Positions 1 to 8,684 of a stretch of 64,000 bases of DNA are shown here, in pieces. Source of the stretch: Myxococcota bacterium (GTDB taxonomy: Bacteria > Myxococcota_A > UBA796 > SXON01); the NCBI GenBank assembly GCA_040386535.1, contig JAZKFH010000063.1:40645-104644 (forward strand). Reading direction: 5' to 3'. Within the stretch, counting starts at the first letter, position 1; the number at the start of each line of letters is the position of its first letter. Both the position numbers and the translations under genes were made by a program. Under the pieces are notes generated by a model that worked only from the letters and a program-made list of their open reading frames with translations, had not been told where the DNA came from and did no database searches.

Positions 1-1
1 G

Positions 2-502
2 GGTGGCACGCTGACCCTCACCAACACCATCTTCACCGGCAACGCCGCCACGGCCGCCGGTGGCGCCTCGTACGCGGATGACGGCCAGCTCACCTGGTGG
101 AACGTGACCGCCTCCAGCAACGCCAGCGCCTCCGGCGCCGGTGTCGCGGTGATGGGCACCTCCGACTTCTTCTTCCAGAGCTCGGTCGTGGCCTACGGTG
201 TCGGCGGCGCCGGCATCTACCTCGAGTCCTCCGCGGCCTCGCTGGACGCCGACAACTCCGACGCCTACGGGAACGACACGGCCAACTACGGCGGTGTCAC
301 CGCGCCCACCGGCAGCAACGGCAACATCGAGAACGACCCGAGCTTCGTCGACTTCACGGATGACGGCACCGAGAACGACGACTACAACCTCGCCAGCGGC
401 AGCGCGCTCATCGACGCGGGGAACCCCTCCGCGACCTACAACGACGCGGACGGGAGCCGGAACGACATCGGCGCGTACGGCGGGCCCCAGGGCGCCTGGT
501 AG
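2..502 (+). CDS. C-terminal part of a right-handed beta-helix (pectin-lyase-like) secreted protein; 5' end lies outside the window
   Basis: Frame is open from base 2 (GGTLTLTNTIFTGNAATAAGG...), with N-x-A-x-x-GG beta-helix repeats and the typical C-terminal cap DPSFVD...DYNLASGSALIDAG...DGSRNDIGAYGG. Confidence 0.75.
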   Translation, partial: GGTLTLTNTIFTGNAATAAGGASYADDGQLTWWNVTASSNASASGAGVAVMGTSDFFFQSSVVAYGVGGAGIYLESSAASLDADNSDAYGNDTANYGGVTAPTGSNGNIENDPSFVDFTDDGTENDDYNLASGSALIDAGNPSATYNDADGSRNDIGAYGGPQGAW

Positions 503-522
503 TCCCAGACCCGCGGGTAGCG

Positions 523-564
523 CGGCGGTCGCGATCCTCGGATCGTGGCCGCCGTTCTCGTTTT
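523..564 (+). terminator. Probable intrinsic terminator
   Basis: Hairpin cggcggtcgcgatcc-tc-ggatcgtggccgccg (with G-U pairs), followed by ttctcgtttt, just after the stop at 502. Confidence 0.6.
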
Positions 565-608
565 GGTGTGCTTCCGGGGCGACGACCACGATCGGCTATA
601 GAGAATCC

Positions 609-1109
609 ATGGCGACCGAACCTCCGCTCGAGTACCCCCTGGCGCAGGACGCGAACGCACCGCACGACACGTTCCGGGTCCTGTTCCTGGACAAGCCCGA
701 GCAGATCGAGCGGCTGAAGGAGACCTGCAAGCAGGAAGGCTACGTCGTGATCGGCGCGGAGACGATCGCCACGGCGATGGCCTTTCTCGAAGGGAAGAAC
801 CACGTCGACGTCATCGTCTGTGCGGCGCACCTCGAGACCGAGTCGGTGTTCGCCTTCCTCCAGCACGTTCGCGGTCACGCGCTGCACGCGAAGTCGATGT
901 TCCTGATCCTCTCCCTGGAGTCTGGGCAGCACGGCGCGTACCTCGATCGCGGCGCAGCGCGGGCGGGCATGGCGCTGGGCGCGAATGCGTACGTGGTCAT
1001 GCCGGTCTTCGACGAGAAGGCGCTCATCGCGCAGATCCGGCAGCTCCAGCCGGACGTGCCTACGCTGCAGCAGTCAGCCACGCCGGACGAGAAGCGAACG
1101 GCCGAGTAG
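609..1109 (+). CDS. Atypical (pseudo-)receiver domain protein
   Basis: REC-like pattern RVLFLD...GYVV...A...A...VDVIVCA...GANAYVVMP; the phosphoacceptor Asp and the KP lysine are missing. Confidence 0.7.
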   Translation: MATEPPLEYPLAQDANAPHDTFRVLFLDKPEQIERLKETCKQEGYVVIGAETIATAMAFLEGKNHVDVIVCAAHLETESVFAFLQHVRGHALHAKSMFLILSLESGQHGAYLDRGAARAGMALGANAYVVMPVFDEKALIAQIRQLQPDVPTLQQSATPDEKRTAE

Positions 1110-1179
1110 CTGTTGGCGTGCCGAGGTCCTGGCACGCGTCCGCGCGCCGGGCGGTTAGGCAGCGCCCTTCGAGGACCCC

Positions 1180-1644
1180 ATGCGCTACTGGTTGATGAAG
1201 TCCGAGCCCGACGTCTACTCGATCGACGATCTGCTGCGGGACAGCCGCACCTCCTGGGAGGGCGTGCGCAACTACACGGCGCGCAACTGGATGCGTGACG
1301 ACATGAAGGTCGGGGACCGGGTCCTCTTCTACCACTCGAACGCCGAGCCTCCGGGCGTGGCGGGGATCGCCGAGGTGGTGCGTGCCGGCTACCCCGATCC
1401 ACACGCGCTCGATCCCGCGTCGCACTACTACGATCCGGGTGCAAAGCCGGACGTCCCGCGCTGGGTGTCGGTCGACCTCGGGTTCGTCGAACGTTTCCCC
1501 GCGGTCGTCCCCCTGGCCGCCCTGAAGGCCGAGCCGGCGTTGGACGGGATGGAGGTCACGAAGCGGGGGTCGCGCCTGTCCGTGCACCCGGTCGACGCCG
1601 CGCACTTCGAGCGGGTTGTCGCGATGGGGCGCGCGGCGCACTGA
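1180..1644 (+). CDS. EVE domain protein (THYN1-like)
   Basis: YWLMKSEP...WEGVRNY.ARN...MKVGD.VLFYHSN...RLSV.PV signature. Confidence 0.93.
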   Translation: MRYWLMKSEPDVYSIDDLLRDSRTSWEGVRNYTARNWMRDDMKVGDRVLFYHSNAEPPGVAGIAEVVRAGYPDPHALDPASHYYDPGAKPDVPRWVSVDLGFVERFPAVVPLAALKAEPALDGMEVTKRGSRLSVHPVDAAHFERVVAMGRAAH

Positions 1645-1703
1645 AACGCTCCGGTTCGGGGGTGCACTCCGGGCATACGTTTGTGGGGGTACACTCGGGC
1701 GTC

Positions 1704-3263
1704 ATGTTGTTCTTGCTCGCGTGCGCCGTACCCGCCGTGGACCCCGTCGATCCACCCGAACACGAGTGGCCCGGGCCCGACGACCCTCCGGACGACACGG
1801 CCCCTCCGGACGACACCGGCACCCTCGTGGATGGGCATTGGGACGTGATCGTGGTGGGTACCGGCCCCGCGGGCACCGCCGCGGCCTTGACCGCGCGGGA
1901 GGCCGGCGCGCGCGTGCTGCTCCTGGAGCGTGCCGACGACCCGGGCCTGGGCCTCGTGCTCGGCGGGCATGCGTTCGCCGCGGGCACCTCCTGGCAGGCG
2001 GTCAGCGGGGTGAGCGACACGCCGGAGGCGGCGCAAGCGGAGTGGCAGTCGATCACGGGGGTCAGCGGCGACACGCCGGGCGTGCGGGAGTTCCTCGACG
2101 CGAGCGCCGACACGTTGACGTGGCTCCAGGGCTACGGCATGTGGGTGAACTTCGTGCAGGGCGAGCGGGACGCGGGGATCGTCCCCCGGATCCACGGGAT
2201 GGGCTGGGGGGAGACCGCGACGGGGAACGCCCGTGAGCTGCTCACGTACTTCGATGGAGAGCTGCGCACCGGCGTCGAGGTGACGGCGCCGCTGCTCGAG
2301 GACGGCGCCGTGGTCGGGGTCCGATGGACCGATCTCGCGACCGGGCTCGACGGCGCGTCCGCGTCGGGAGCCGTGGTGCTGGCGACCGGTGGTTTCGTGC
2401 GCGACCTGGACGAGGTAGCCCGCGTGATCCCCGCCTTGGCAGGCCGGCGGGTGGTGTTCGAGGCCAGCCCGCACTCCGACGGCGGTGGGCTGCCCTTCCT
2501 CCGCGCGGTGGGCGCGGGCTCGCTCTCGCCCGAGAACATCGGCGTGTACGTGCACTCGATCGGCGATCCCTGGTTCCCCGGGTCGGAGTCGCTCCTCGCG
2601 CTCGGGAGCGAGGAGGGGATCCTCGTGGACGCCGCGGGCGATCGGTTCGCCAACGAGGACCTTCAGCGGTCGTTCGACCTGTTCGACCTGCTCCCCGAGG
2701 GCGAGGTCTACGCGGTGCTCTCGGGCACACTCGCCGACGCGCTCGTGTTCTCCCGGCCCTACTACAACTGGTCGACCCCCCCGGACGCCGAGCTGCCCAC
2801 GCTCGACGAGGTGCTGGCGGCCGGCTCCGAGGACGTCGTCGTGGCCGATACGCTCGAGGACGCCGCGGTGTACGCGGGGATCGATCCCGCGCGGCTCGTG
2901 TCCACCGTGGAGACGTTCAACCTGGGCTTCGAGACCGGGCTGCCCGATCCGTACGGGCGCAACCTCGTCCGCGCCGAGCCGCTCGTCGGCGAACCGTGGG
3001 TTCTCCTGCGGCTCTCTCCGGGCCTCGGCAAGAACTTCGGCGGGGTGGCGACCGACATCGAGGGGCACGTGCTGGACACCGGCGGCGTGCCGATCCCCGG
3101 GCTCTACGCGGCGGGCGAGGTGGCCGGGATGTTGCTCGGTGGCGGCGGGGGCGACGGGTTCTCGGGCAGCGTGAACGCCTGCTACTGGGGCGGCCGCGTG
3201 GCGGGAGGCTCGGCGGCGGCGTTCGCCCTGCCTCGGTCGGATGTATCAGGGGGAGGGGACTGA
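1704..3263 (+). CDS. FAD-dependent oxidoreductase lipoprotein (fumarate reductase / 3-ketosteroid dehydrogenase flavoprotein family)
   Basis: DVIVVGTGPAG Rossmann motif, VVLATGGF, GGVATD...IPGLYAAGE; N-terminus MLFLLAC followed by an Asp/Pro linker. Confidence 0.82.
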   Translation: MLFLLACAVPAVDPVDPPEHEWPGPDDPPDDTAPPDDTGTLVDGHWDVIVVGTGPAGTAAALTAREAGARVLLLERADDPGLGLVLGGHAFAAGTSWQAVSGVSDTPEAAQAEWQSITGVSGDTPGVREFLDASADTLTWLQGYGMWVNFVQGERDAGIVPRIHGMGWGETATGNARELLTYFDGELRTGVEVTAPLLEDGAVVGVRWTDLATGLDGASASGAVVLATGGFVRDLDEVARVIPALAGRRVVFEASPHSDGGGLPFLRAVGAGSLSPENIGVYVHSIGDPWFPGSESLLALGSEEGILVDAAGDRFANEDLQRSFDLFDLLPEGEVYAVLSGTLADALVFSRPYYNWSTPPDAELPTLDEVLAAGSEDVVVADTLEDAAVYAGIDPARLVSTVETFNLGFETGLPDPYGRNLVRAEPLVGEPWVLLRLSPGLGKNFGGVATDIEGHVLDTGGVPIPGLYAAGEVAGMLLGGGGGDGFSGSVNACYWGGRVAGGSAAAFALPRSDVSGGGD

Positions 3264-3285
3264 TACATCCCGGGATGTATCAGTC
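3239..3285. repeat. Three copies of GGATGTATCAG in alternating orientation, including a 28-bp perfect palindrome (3258-3285)
   Basis: ggatgtatcag (3239-3249), ctgatacatcc (3260-3270), ggatgtatcag (3273-3283); gactgatacatccc|gggatgtatcagtc spans both convergent stop codons. Confidence 0.9.
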
Positions 3286-3822
3286 GGCCGCCAATGTCGG
3301 CAGGATCCGCGCGAGGTCGGCGCCAGGGTGCCTCGGATCGAGGGCGCGCTGCACGAGCTCGCCGAGCACGAGGCTCACGACGAGGCCCGCGTTCACAGGA
3401 AGGAGCCCCACGTGGAGCACGAGCGCGTCACGATAGGTGGCGAGGGCCGCCGCCAGCGACGGGCCGCTCTCCGGGTGCGCGCGGAGGTAGTCGAGCGCGA
3501 CGAGCAGGGTGCGCTGCAAATCGTCCGCCTGAGCACGGACATGGGCGCCGAGCGCGGCCATGCGGGCATCCGCAGACGTGTCGGCCGCCGAACCCACCGC
3601 GGCGAGCGCCTCCGCGACCTGGCGTGCCACCTGCCGCTCGATCATGGCGGCGAACAACTCTGGCTTGCCGACGAACCAGTGGTAGAGCGCCCCGGTCGTG
3701 ACGCCGAGCTCCCGCGCGAGGTCCCGCATGGAGAGGGCGTGGTAGCCACGCGCCGCGAACAGCGCGAAGGCGCCGTCGAGCAGCTCGCCCCGGCGCACCA
3801 GCGGATCGAGCGGGCGCGGCAT
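3280..3822 (-). CDS. TetR family transcriptional regulator
   Basis: LLDGAFALFAARGYHALSMRDLARELGVTTGALYHWF HTH; its ATG overlaps the alkB stop. Confidence 0.92.
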   Translation of the reverse strand: MPRPLDPLVRRGELLDGAFALFAARGYHALSMRDLARELGVTTGALYHWFVGKPELFAAMIERQVARQVAEALAAVGSAADTSADARMAALGAHVRAQADDLQRTLLVALDYLRAHPESGPSLAAALATYRDALVLHVGLLPVNAGLVVSLVLGELVQRALDPRHPGADLARILPTLAAD

Positions 3823-4868
3823 CAGGCGCCGAGGCGGGCGAGGTGGCGGCCCATCCGGGCGTGGAACAACGGCGGACACGTGGCGAGCAGCACCATCCCC
3901 GCGTAGCCGGTGGGGAGGGTGGGCGCGCCGTCGAAGTGACGGAGCACGGGGTAGGGCCGGCCGGGGTGCGCGTGGTGATCGGCGTGGCGGGTGAGCTCGA
4001 ACAGGAGCACGCGGGAGACGACGTGGTCCGAGGTCCACGAGTGGGCCGGGCGGACCCTCTCCCACCGCCCGTCAGGCAGGCGGTCGCGCGCGAGCCCGTA
4101 GTGCTCGACGTAGTTGACGGTCTCCAGCAGGAGGATGCCGACGGTCGCGGCCGCGACGAACGCGAGCGCGCCGAGCGGCCCCGTGGTGAGCGCGAGGGCG
4201 AGCACGAATGTGGTCTGGACGACGGCGAACTGGAGCAGCTCGTTGCCCGGGGACCACGCGCGCACCCCGCCGCGGGCGAGCCGCTCGGCCTCGATCCGCC
4301 ACGCGCTCCGCCAGCCGCCGAACACCGAGCGCGCCCAGAAGGGGTACAGCGACTCGCCCCGGCGCGCGCTGGCGGGATCGTTCGGCGTGGCGACATGCGC
4401 GTGGTGGCCCCGGTTGTGCTCGATGAAGAAGTGCTGGTACAGGCTGGTGAGCAGGAGCAGCTTGGCGAGGCGCTGGTGCCAGCGGTCGGCGCGATGACCC
4501 AGCTCGTGCGCCACGTTGATCCCGAGCGCGCCGCAGCAGATGCCGACGCTGCCGATGGCGCCCATCAGCTCCCACCCCGCGAGGCTGCTCGCCCGTGCCG
4601 CCAGCGTGAGCACCAGCGTGACCTGCACGGGTACGATGCCCACCAGCAGCTGATCGAAGCGGCGGTCGGCCCTCCGGGCGGCCTCGGTGGGCGGGGTCGG
4701 GTTGTTCCCGGCGCCGGGGAACACCAGCTCCAGGACTGGCACGAGCCCGAAGATGACGACGGGGAGCACCCATGTCCATCCCCCGCCCGCGTAGAGGCCC
4801 CCGAAGGCGAAGGCAGGGACGAGGTAGACCAGGGCGTAGGCGGCGAGCGGCATGGCGAGCACCTGCAT
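3822..4868 (-). CDS. alkB: Alkane 1-monooxygenase (membrane diiron hydroxylase)
   Basis: His boxes HELGH, EHNRGHH, NYVEHYG and LTRHADHHA; multiple TM helices. Start may be 4868 or 4853. Confidence 0.92.
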   Translation of the reverse strand: MQVLAMPLAAYALVYLVPAFAFGGLYAGGGWTWVLPVVIFGLVPVLELVFPGAGNNPTPPTEAARRADRRFDQLLVGIVPVQVTLVLTLAARASSLAGWELMGAIGSVGICCGALGINVAHELGHRADRWHQRLAKLLLLTSLYQHFFIEHNRGHHAHVATPNDPASARRGESLYPFWARSVFGGWRSAWRIEAERLARGGVRAWSPGNELLQFAVVQTTFVLALALTTGPLGALAFVAAATVGILLLETVNYVEHYGLARDRLPDGRWERVRPAHSWTSDHVVSRVLLFELTRHADHHAHPGRPYPVLRHFDGAPTLPTGYAGMVLLATCPPLFHARMGRHLARLGA

Positions 4869-4878
4869 AACAATCGTA

Positions 4879-4904
4879 ATGTATCACCACACGGGGTGAT
4901 ACAT
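4879..4904. promoter_or_regulatory. Inverted repeat overlapping the likely alkB promoter (candidate TetR operator)
   Basis: atgtatcacc-acacgg-ggtgatacat, 10 nt upstream of the alkB ATG, overlapping minus-strand TGaTACATT. Confidence 0.55.
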
Positions 4905-4911
4905 CAAGCGG

Positions 4912-6108
4912 TCATCGCACCCAGATGGCCTGAGCCCCGCCGGGCGTCGGGTAGTAGAGCCAGTTGCCGCCCCACGTGGTGGCGAGGCAATTGGACGCGT
5001 CGCTGCCGCAGAGGGTCAGGCCCTGGTTGACGGCGGTGCTCTCGGAGAAGTCCCAGCCGGAGCCCAGCGAGCCGTGGCCCTTGCAGTCCAACGGTGCGCC
5101 GGAGGGGGTGTCGGTGGAGCCGATGCCAGCGTCCGTGTACGCCGCGCTCCCACCGCACCACCAGTAGCCTTCCTCGCCGTAGAGGTAGTAGCCGTCGCTG
5201 CCGAAGGGGATGCGGAGCGACGCGCGGGGGATGACGCGCGAGCCGTAGGTGGCGCCGCCGCTGGCATAGGCACCCAGGCGCAGCTCCTCCCAGCCGAACG
5301 ACTCGAGCTCCAGCCAGGCGAGCACGTCGTCCCCGGACAACGTGGCGGCCTCTGGCGACACACCGAGGTCGTCCGCGTCGCGGTAGGCGCCGCCGAACCC
5401 CGTGTGGTCGCCCGGCCCGGCCGAGGTGGTGAGGAGGCCGAGCGTCCACCCGCCGCCCTCCGTGGTCATGTCGCACCACAGCCGCGTCAGGACGCCTGAC
5501 GGCAGGGCGATCCAGTAGGCCCCGTCCGCCGCCGTGCCGCGCGCCTCCAGCGCCTCCTTGCAGCTCTCCGCGGGGCACAACACGCCCGCGCCGGGCTCGA
5601 CTTCGGCGCTCCCGTCGCAGTCGCGGTCGACGCCATCGCAGCCCTCTTCCGCGTCGGGATGTACGGTGGGGTCCGCGTCGTCGCAGTCCCCACCTACCAG
5701 CGTGAGCCCGTCGGCGTAGAAGCACGCGTCGACCCCGCCGGCCTCGCCGTAGCCGTCCCCGTCGGCGTCCACGAAGAAGGGGAGGCCGTCGGCCACGTCG
5801 TCGTCGGCGTCGTCCACGCGCCCGTCACAATCGTCGTCCACGCCGTTGCACACCTCGGGGGCGCCCGGGTTGACGCGGAAGTTGGTGTCGTCGCAGTCGG
5901 TGGCGTCGGGGACCGAGGTGCCGCCGCAGCGGGGCGCGGGCACCGCGGGATCGCCGTGCCCGTCGAGGTCGGCGTCGGCGAAGCAGGGGAGGTCGGTGTC
6001 CGCGGCGGTGTCCGTGTCGACGCCGGGATCGGTGTCGGTGTCGGGCGGCGTGCCGGTGTCGGATTTCGGGGGGGCACCACAGGCCACCAGGAGCAGGAGC
6101 AGGGGCAT
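4912..6108 (-). CDS. Lipoprotein with Asp/Cys-rich putative metal-binding repeats and a fibrinogen-like C-terminal domain
   Basis: MPLLLLLVAC; two DCDD...PGA.E.C.GVD.DCDG repeats; PAESC...DGAYWI...WCDMTTEGGGWTL. Confidence 0.8.
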   Translation of the reverse strand: MPLLLLLVACGAPPKSDTGTPPDTDTDPGVDTDTAADTDLPCFADADLDGHGDPAVPAPRCGGTSVPDATDCDDTNFRVNPGAPEVCNGVDDDCDGRVDDADDDVADGLPFFVDADGDGYGEAGGVDACFYADGLTLVGGDCDDADPTVHPDAEEGCDGVDRDCDGSAEVEPGAGVLCPAESCKEALEARGTAADGAYWIALPSGVLTRLWCDMTTEGGGWTLGLLTTSAGPGDHTGFGGAYRDADDLGVSPEAATLSGDDVLAWLELESFGWEELRLGAYASGGATYGSRVIPRASLRIPFGSDGYYLYGEEGYWWCGGSAAYTDAGIGSTDTPSGAPLDCKGHGSLGSGWDFSESTAVNQGLTLCGSDASNCLATTWGGNWLYYPTPGGAQAIWVR

Positions 6109-8660
6109 CACGCGCCCCTCGTCGAGCGCCGACGGTGGACCACGCCGAGGAGCAGCAGCGCCGTCCACGTCGGGACCCGCCCGCCCGTTCCACAGATGCA
6201 GCCGCCATCCTCGAACACGATGGGGTCGCCCTCCACGAACGGCTCGTCGGTGTCCACCGTGCCGCCCGTCTCCCCCGTGTCGGCCGTGTCGTGCACCTCC
6301 GCCACGCCCCCGTGGATGCGGCGCAGCGTGTCCAGATCCTGCGCGCCGTCCGCCCACACGTTCGGCGCGCCGAAGGTCGACGTGGTGGCGTCCTCGTAGT
6401 CCGCGGTCTCCCGCCGGAGCGCGGCCGTCGGCGTCTCCGCGAGGAACCCGACCTCGGTGGAGCCCACGCCGCCCGCGCGGCCGACGCCCTCCCCGACGGG
6501 GCCGAGGCGCACGTGGCCGTCGGGATCCCAGGCGGTGAGCTGCCAGTCCTGGTGGGTCACGTCGAACGCCGCGGCGCTCACGTAGGCGCCGGTGCCGTCC
6601 GTCCCGGCGCGCAGGTGGAACCGCCAGTCGCCGCCGTCGGGATCGTACGCGGGGTCCTCCGGGAGGCCTTCCGCGATCGTCAGGATCGTTCCCGCACGCA
6701 GGTTTCCGAGCACCGGCGCGTCGGTGAACACGAGCGTGCCGGCGTGCCCCCCGCGATCGGCCAGGGTGAGCGTCCATCCGCGCAGATCGAGGCCCTCCTC
6801 CACCACGAGGAGCTCGATCCAGTCGCCCCCGTTCCCCTCGCGCCGGCCGAGCGCGGCGTCGGCACCCTCGCCCTCGACGGCGCCGCCCTCGTCGCCGCCG
6901 AGCCATTTCTCCGTCTCGACCGCGTTCCACTCGTTGAGCACGAACGGTGGGGCGGCGTCGACCTCGTAGAAGCCCTGCTCCAGCGGCCCCCACGTGTCAC
7001 CGATGCGGAGCCGCGCCATCACGACCGTCGACGCGTCGAACGTCACCGTGCGTGCCCCGTCGGGCCCGAGCGCGGCCGCCGAGGGCTCTCCACCGGGCTG
7101 CCGTGGGTCCTGCCCGTCGAGCGACACCCAGAGCTCCGCCGGCGAGCGGTCGGGCACCTCGACCATCAGCGTGGTGCCGGGCTCGACGAGCCCCGGCGGG
7201 AGGTCGAACGTGGGTGCGCCGAGCGCGTACCAGCCGGCCGCGCGGAACTGGCGGTAGAGCTCGTCCGTCCGGTACGGAAAGTACTGGGTGAGGAGGCGGT
7301 CCCGCTCCACGATCCACTCGCCGTCGCGATCCCACCAGCCGAATCCCCACCGCGCGGACTCGCTGACCACGGCGCTCTCCGCGAGCGCGGCGAGCCGCTC
7401 GTAGCGGGCGCCGGCGGCCTCGGCCGAGAGCGGGCCCTCGAGGTTGCGGTGGATGGCGTCCGCGAGGGCAACCTGGAAGTCGGGGTGGCCCTCGGCCGTC
7501 AGGTAGTAGAAGACGTAGGAAGGACCGCCGTTGTCGAGGATGTTGACGGTGTAGTCGTAGTAGAGGCAGATGTCCGAGTCCGAGCTGTGGAAGCGGAACC
7601 CGCCCTCGCCCCGATCGGTCGGCCCGACCGCGATCCAATTGTGGTACGCGCTCCAGTCCCAGGCGTTGCCCGCGTAGAAGTTGAGCACCATGTAGTCGAG
7701 GAAGTCGGGGACGTTCACCCACTCGCGGAATGTCTCGTAGTCGCCCGAGCTCGCGACGGCCGCGGCCCAGGCCGCCCCGCTCCCGTCGAACGCCGTGCCG
7801 CCGTTGATCGCCTCGTAGTCGTCCTCGTCACCGCCCAGGTATTCGGCGAGCATCGCCGCGTTCATGCGCTCGCGCACGTTGTAGAGGCCGTTGTAGACCC
7901 CGTTCACGTACACGTGGGCGAAGCGGCCGTGCGGCGCCACGTGGCCCATCTCGAGCTGGGACTCGTCCATCCAGTAGTTGCGCAGGTGCTGGCCCTGGGC
8001 GCCCAGGTAGAACACGGTGTCGTGGTTGCCGCCGCGCAGGGTCAACGCGTCGTGCTCGTCGGCCGGGGCCACGCCGGTCGCGTCTTCCCCATAGATGTCG
8101 AGCTCGAGCTTGCCGGGGCCATACTCCGAGCGGAACAGGATGCGGAAGCTGGTCTTCTCGTACGCCCAGCTCGTACCGCCGGAGATGTAGGCGCCGGCGT
8201 TCACGCCGAGATCGTCACCGTCCGGGTCGATCCACTCGATGGAGACGGCCTGCTCCGACATCTGCATGCCGCCGGGCACCACGAGCGAGATCGTCGGGAG
8301 CGCGCGCAGGTTCGATGCGACGATGGGGCCGTAGGTGGCATCGTTCACGATGGCCGGGTCCATCACGGAGGAGACGAGCACGTCGCCTACCGACACGTAG
8401 GTGTGCGTCACGATGTCCGACCGCGTGCGGTCCCCCGCCACCTCGACCGCGCGGACGACCGTGGTGCCGTCGATGCCGAGCGGCGCGGTGTAGGGGAGGG
8501 TCGGCGCGCTGCCGTCGACGCTGTAGAGCAGCGTCCCGCCGGCCTCGGCGGTGAGGGTGAGCGTGAACGGTGCGTCGTACAGGCCGCGCTCCACGTCGAA
8601 CGTGGGGGCGGCGAGCGCCGGGTTGGACAGCTGCGTGGACAGGAGCGTGAGGAGCATCAC
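6108..8660 (-). CDS. Secreted CotH-kinase family protein with FN3-associated domains and a MYXO-CTERM-like tail
   Basis: YSVDGSAP (FN3-associated), VYVNGVYNGLYNVRER, NAWDW...HNW, SDSD; C-terminus GGCICGTGG-hydrophobic-HRRR. Confidence 0.8.
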   Translation of the reverse strand: MMLLTLLSTQLSNPALAAPTFDVERGLYDAPFTLTLTAEAGGTLLYSVDGSAPTLPYTAPLGIDGTTVVRAVEVAGDRTRSDIVTHTYVSVGDVLVSSVMDPAIVNDATYGPIVASNLRALPTISLVVPGGMQMSEQAVSIEWIDPDGDDLGVNAGAYISGGTSWAYEKTSFRILFRSEYGPGKLELDIYGEDATGVAPADEHDALTLRGGNHDTVFYLGAQGQHLRNYWMDESQLEMGHVAPHGRFAHVYVNGVYNGLYNVRERMNAAMLAEYLGGDEDDYEAINGGTAFDGSGAAWAAAVASSGDYETFREWVNVPDFLDYMVLNFYAGNAWDWSAYHNWIAVGPTDRGEGGFRFHSSDSDICLYYDYTVNILDNGGPSYVFYYLTAEGHPDFQVALADAIHRNLEGPLSAEAAGARYERLAALAESAVVSESARWGFGWWDRDGEWIVERDRLLTQYFPYRTDELYRQFRAAGWYALGAPTFDLPPGLVEPGTTLMVEVPDRSPAELWVSLDGQDPRQPGGEPSAAALGPDGARTVTFDASTVVMARLRIGDTWGPLEQGFYEVDAAPPFVLNEWNAVETEKWLGGDEGGAVEGEGADAALGRREGNGGDWIELLVVEEGLDLRGWTLTLADRGGHAGTLVFTDAPVLGNLRAGTILTIAEGLPEDPAYDPDGGDWRFHLRAGTDGTGAYVSAAAFDVTHQDWQLTAWDPDGHVRLGPVGEGVGRAGGVGSTEVGFLAETPTAALRRETADYEDATTSTFGAPNVWADGAQDLDTLRRIHGGVAEVHDTADTGETGGTVDTDEPFVEGDPIVFEDGGCICGTGGRVPTWTALLLLGVVHRRRSTRGA

Positions 8661-8684
8661 CCCGGACCGTAGCAGAAGCGTGGG

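Noticed and set aside
1180..1644. EVE protein as part of a modification-dependent defence system
   Set aside because: Stand-alone THYN1-like gene with no nuclease or toxin neighbours.
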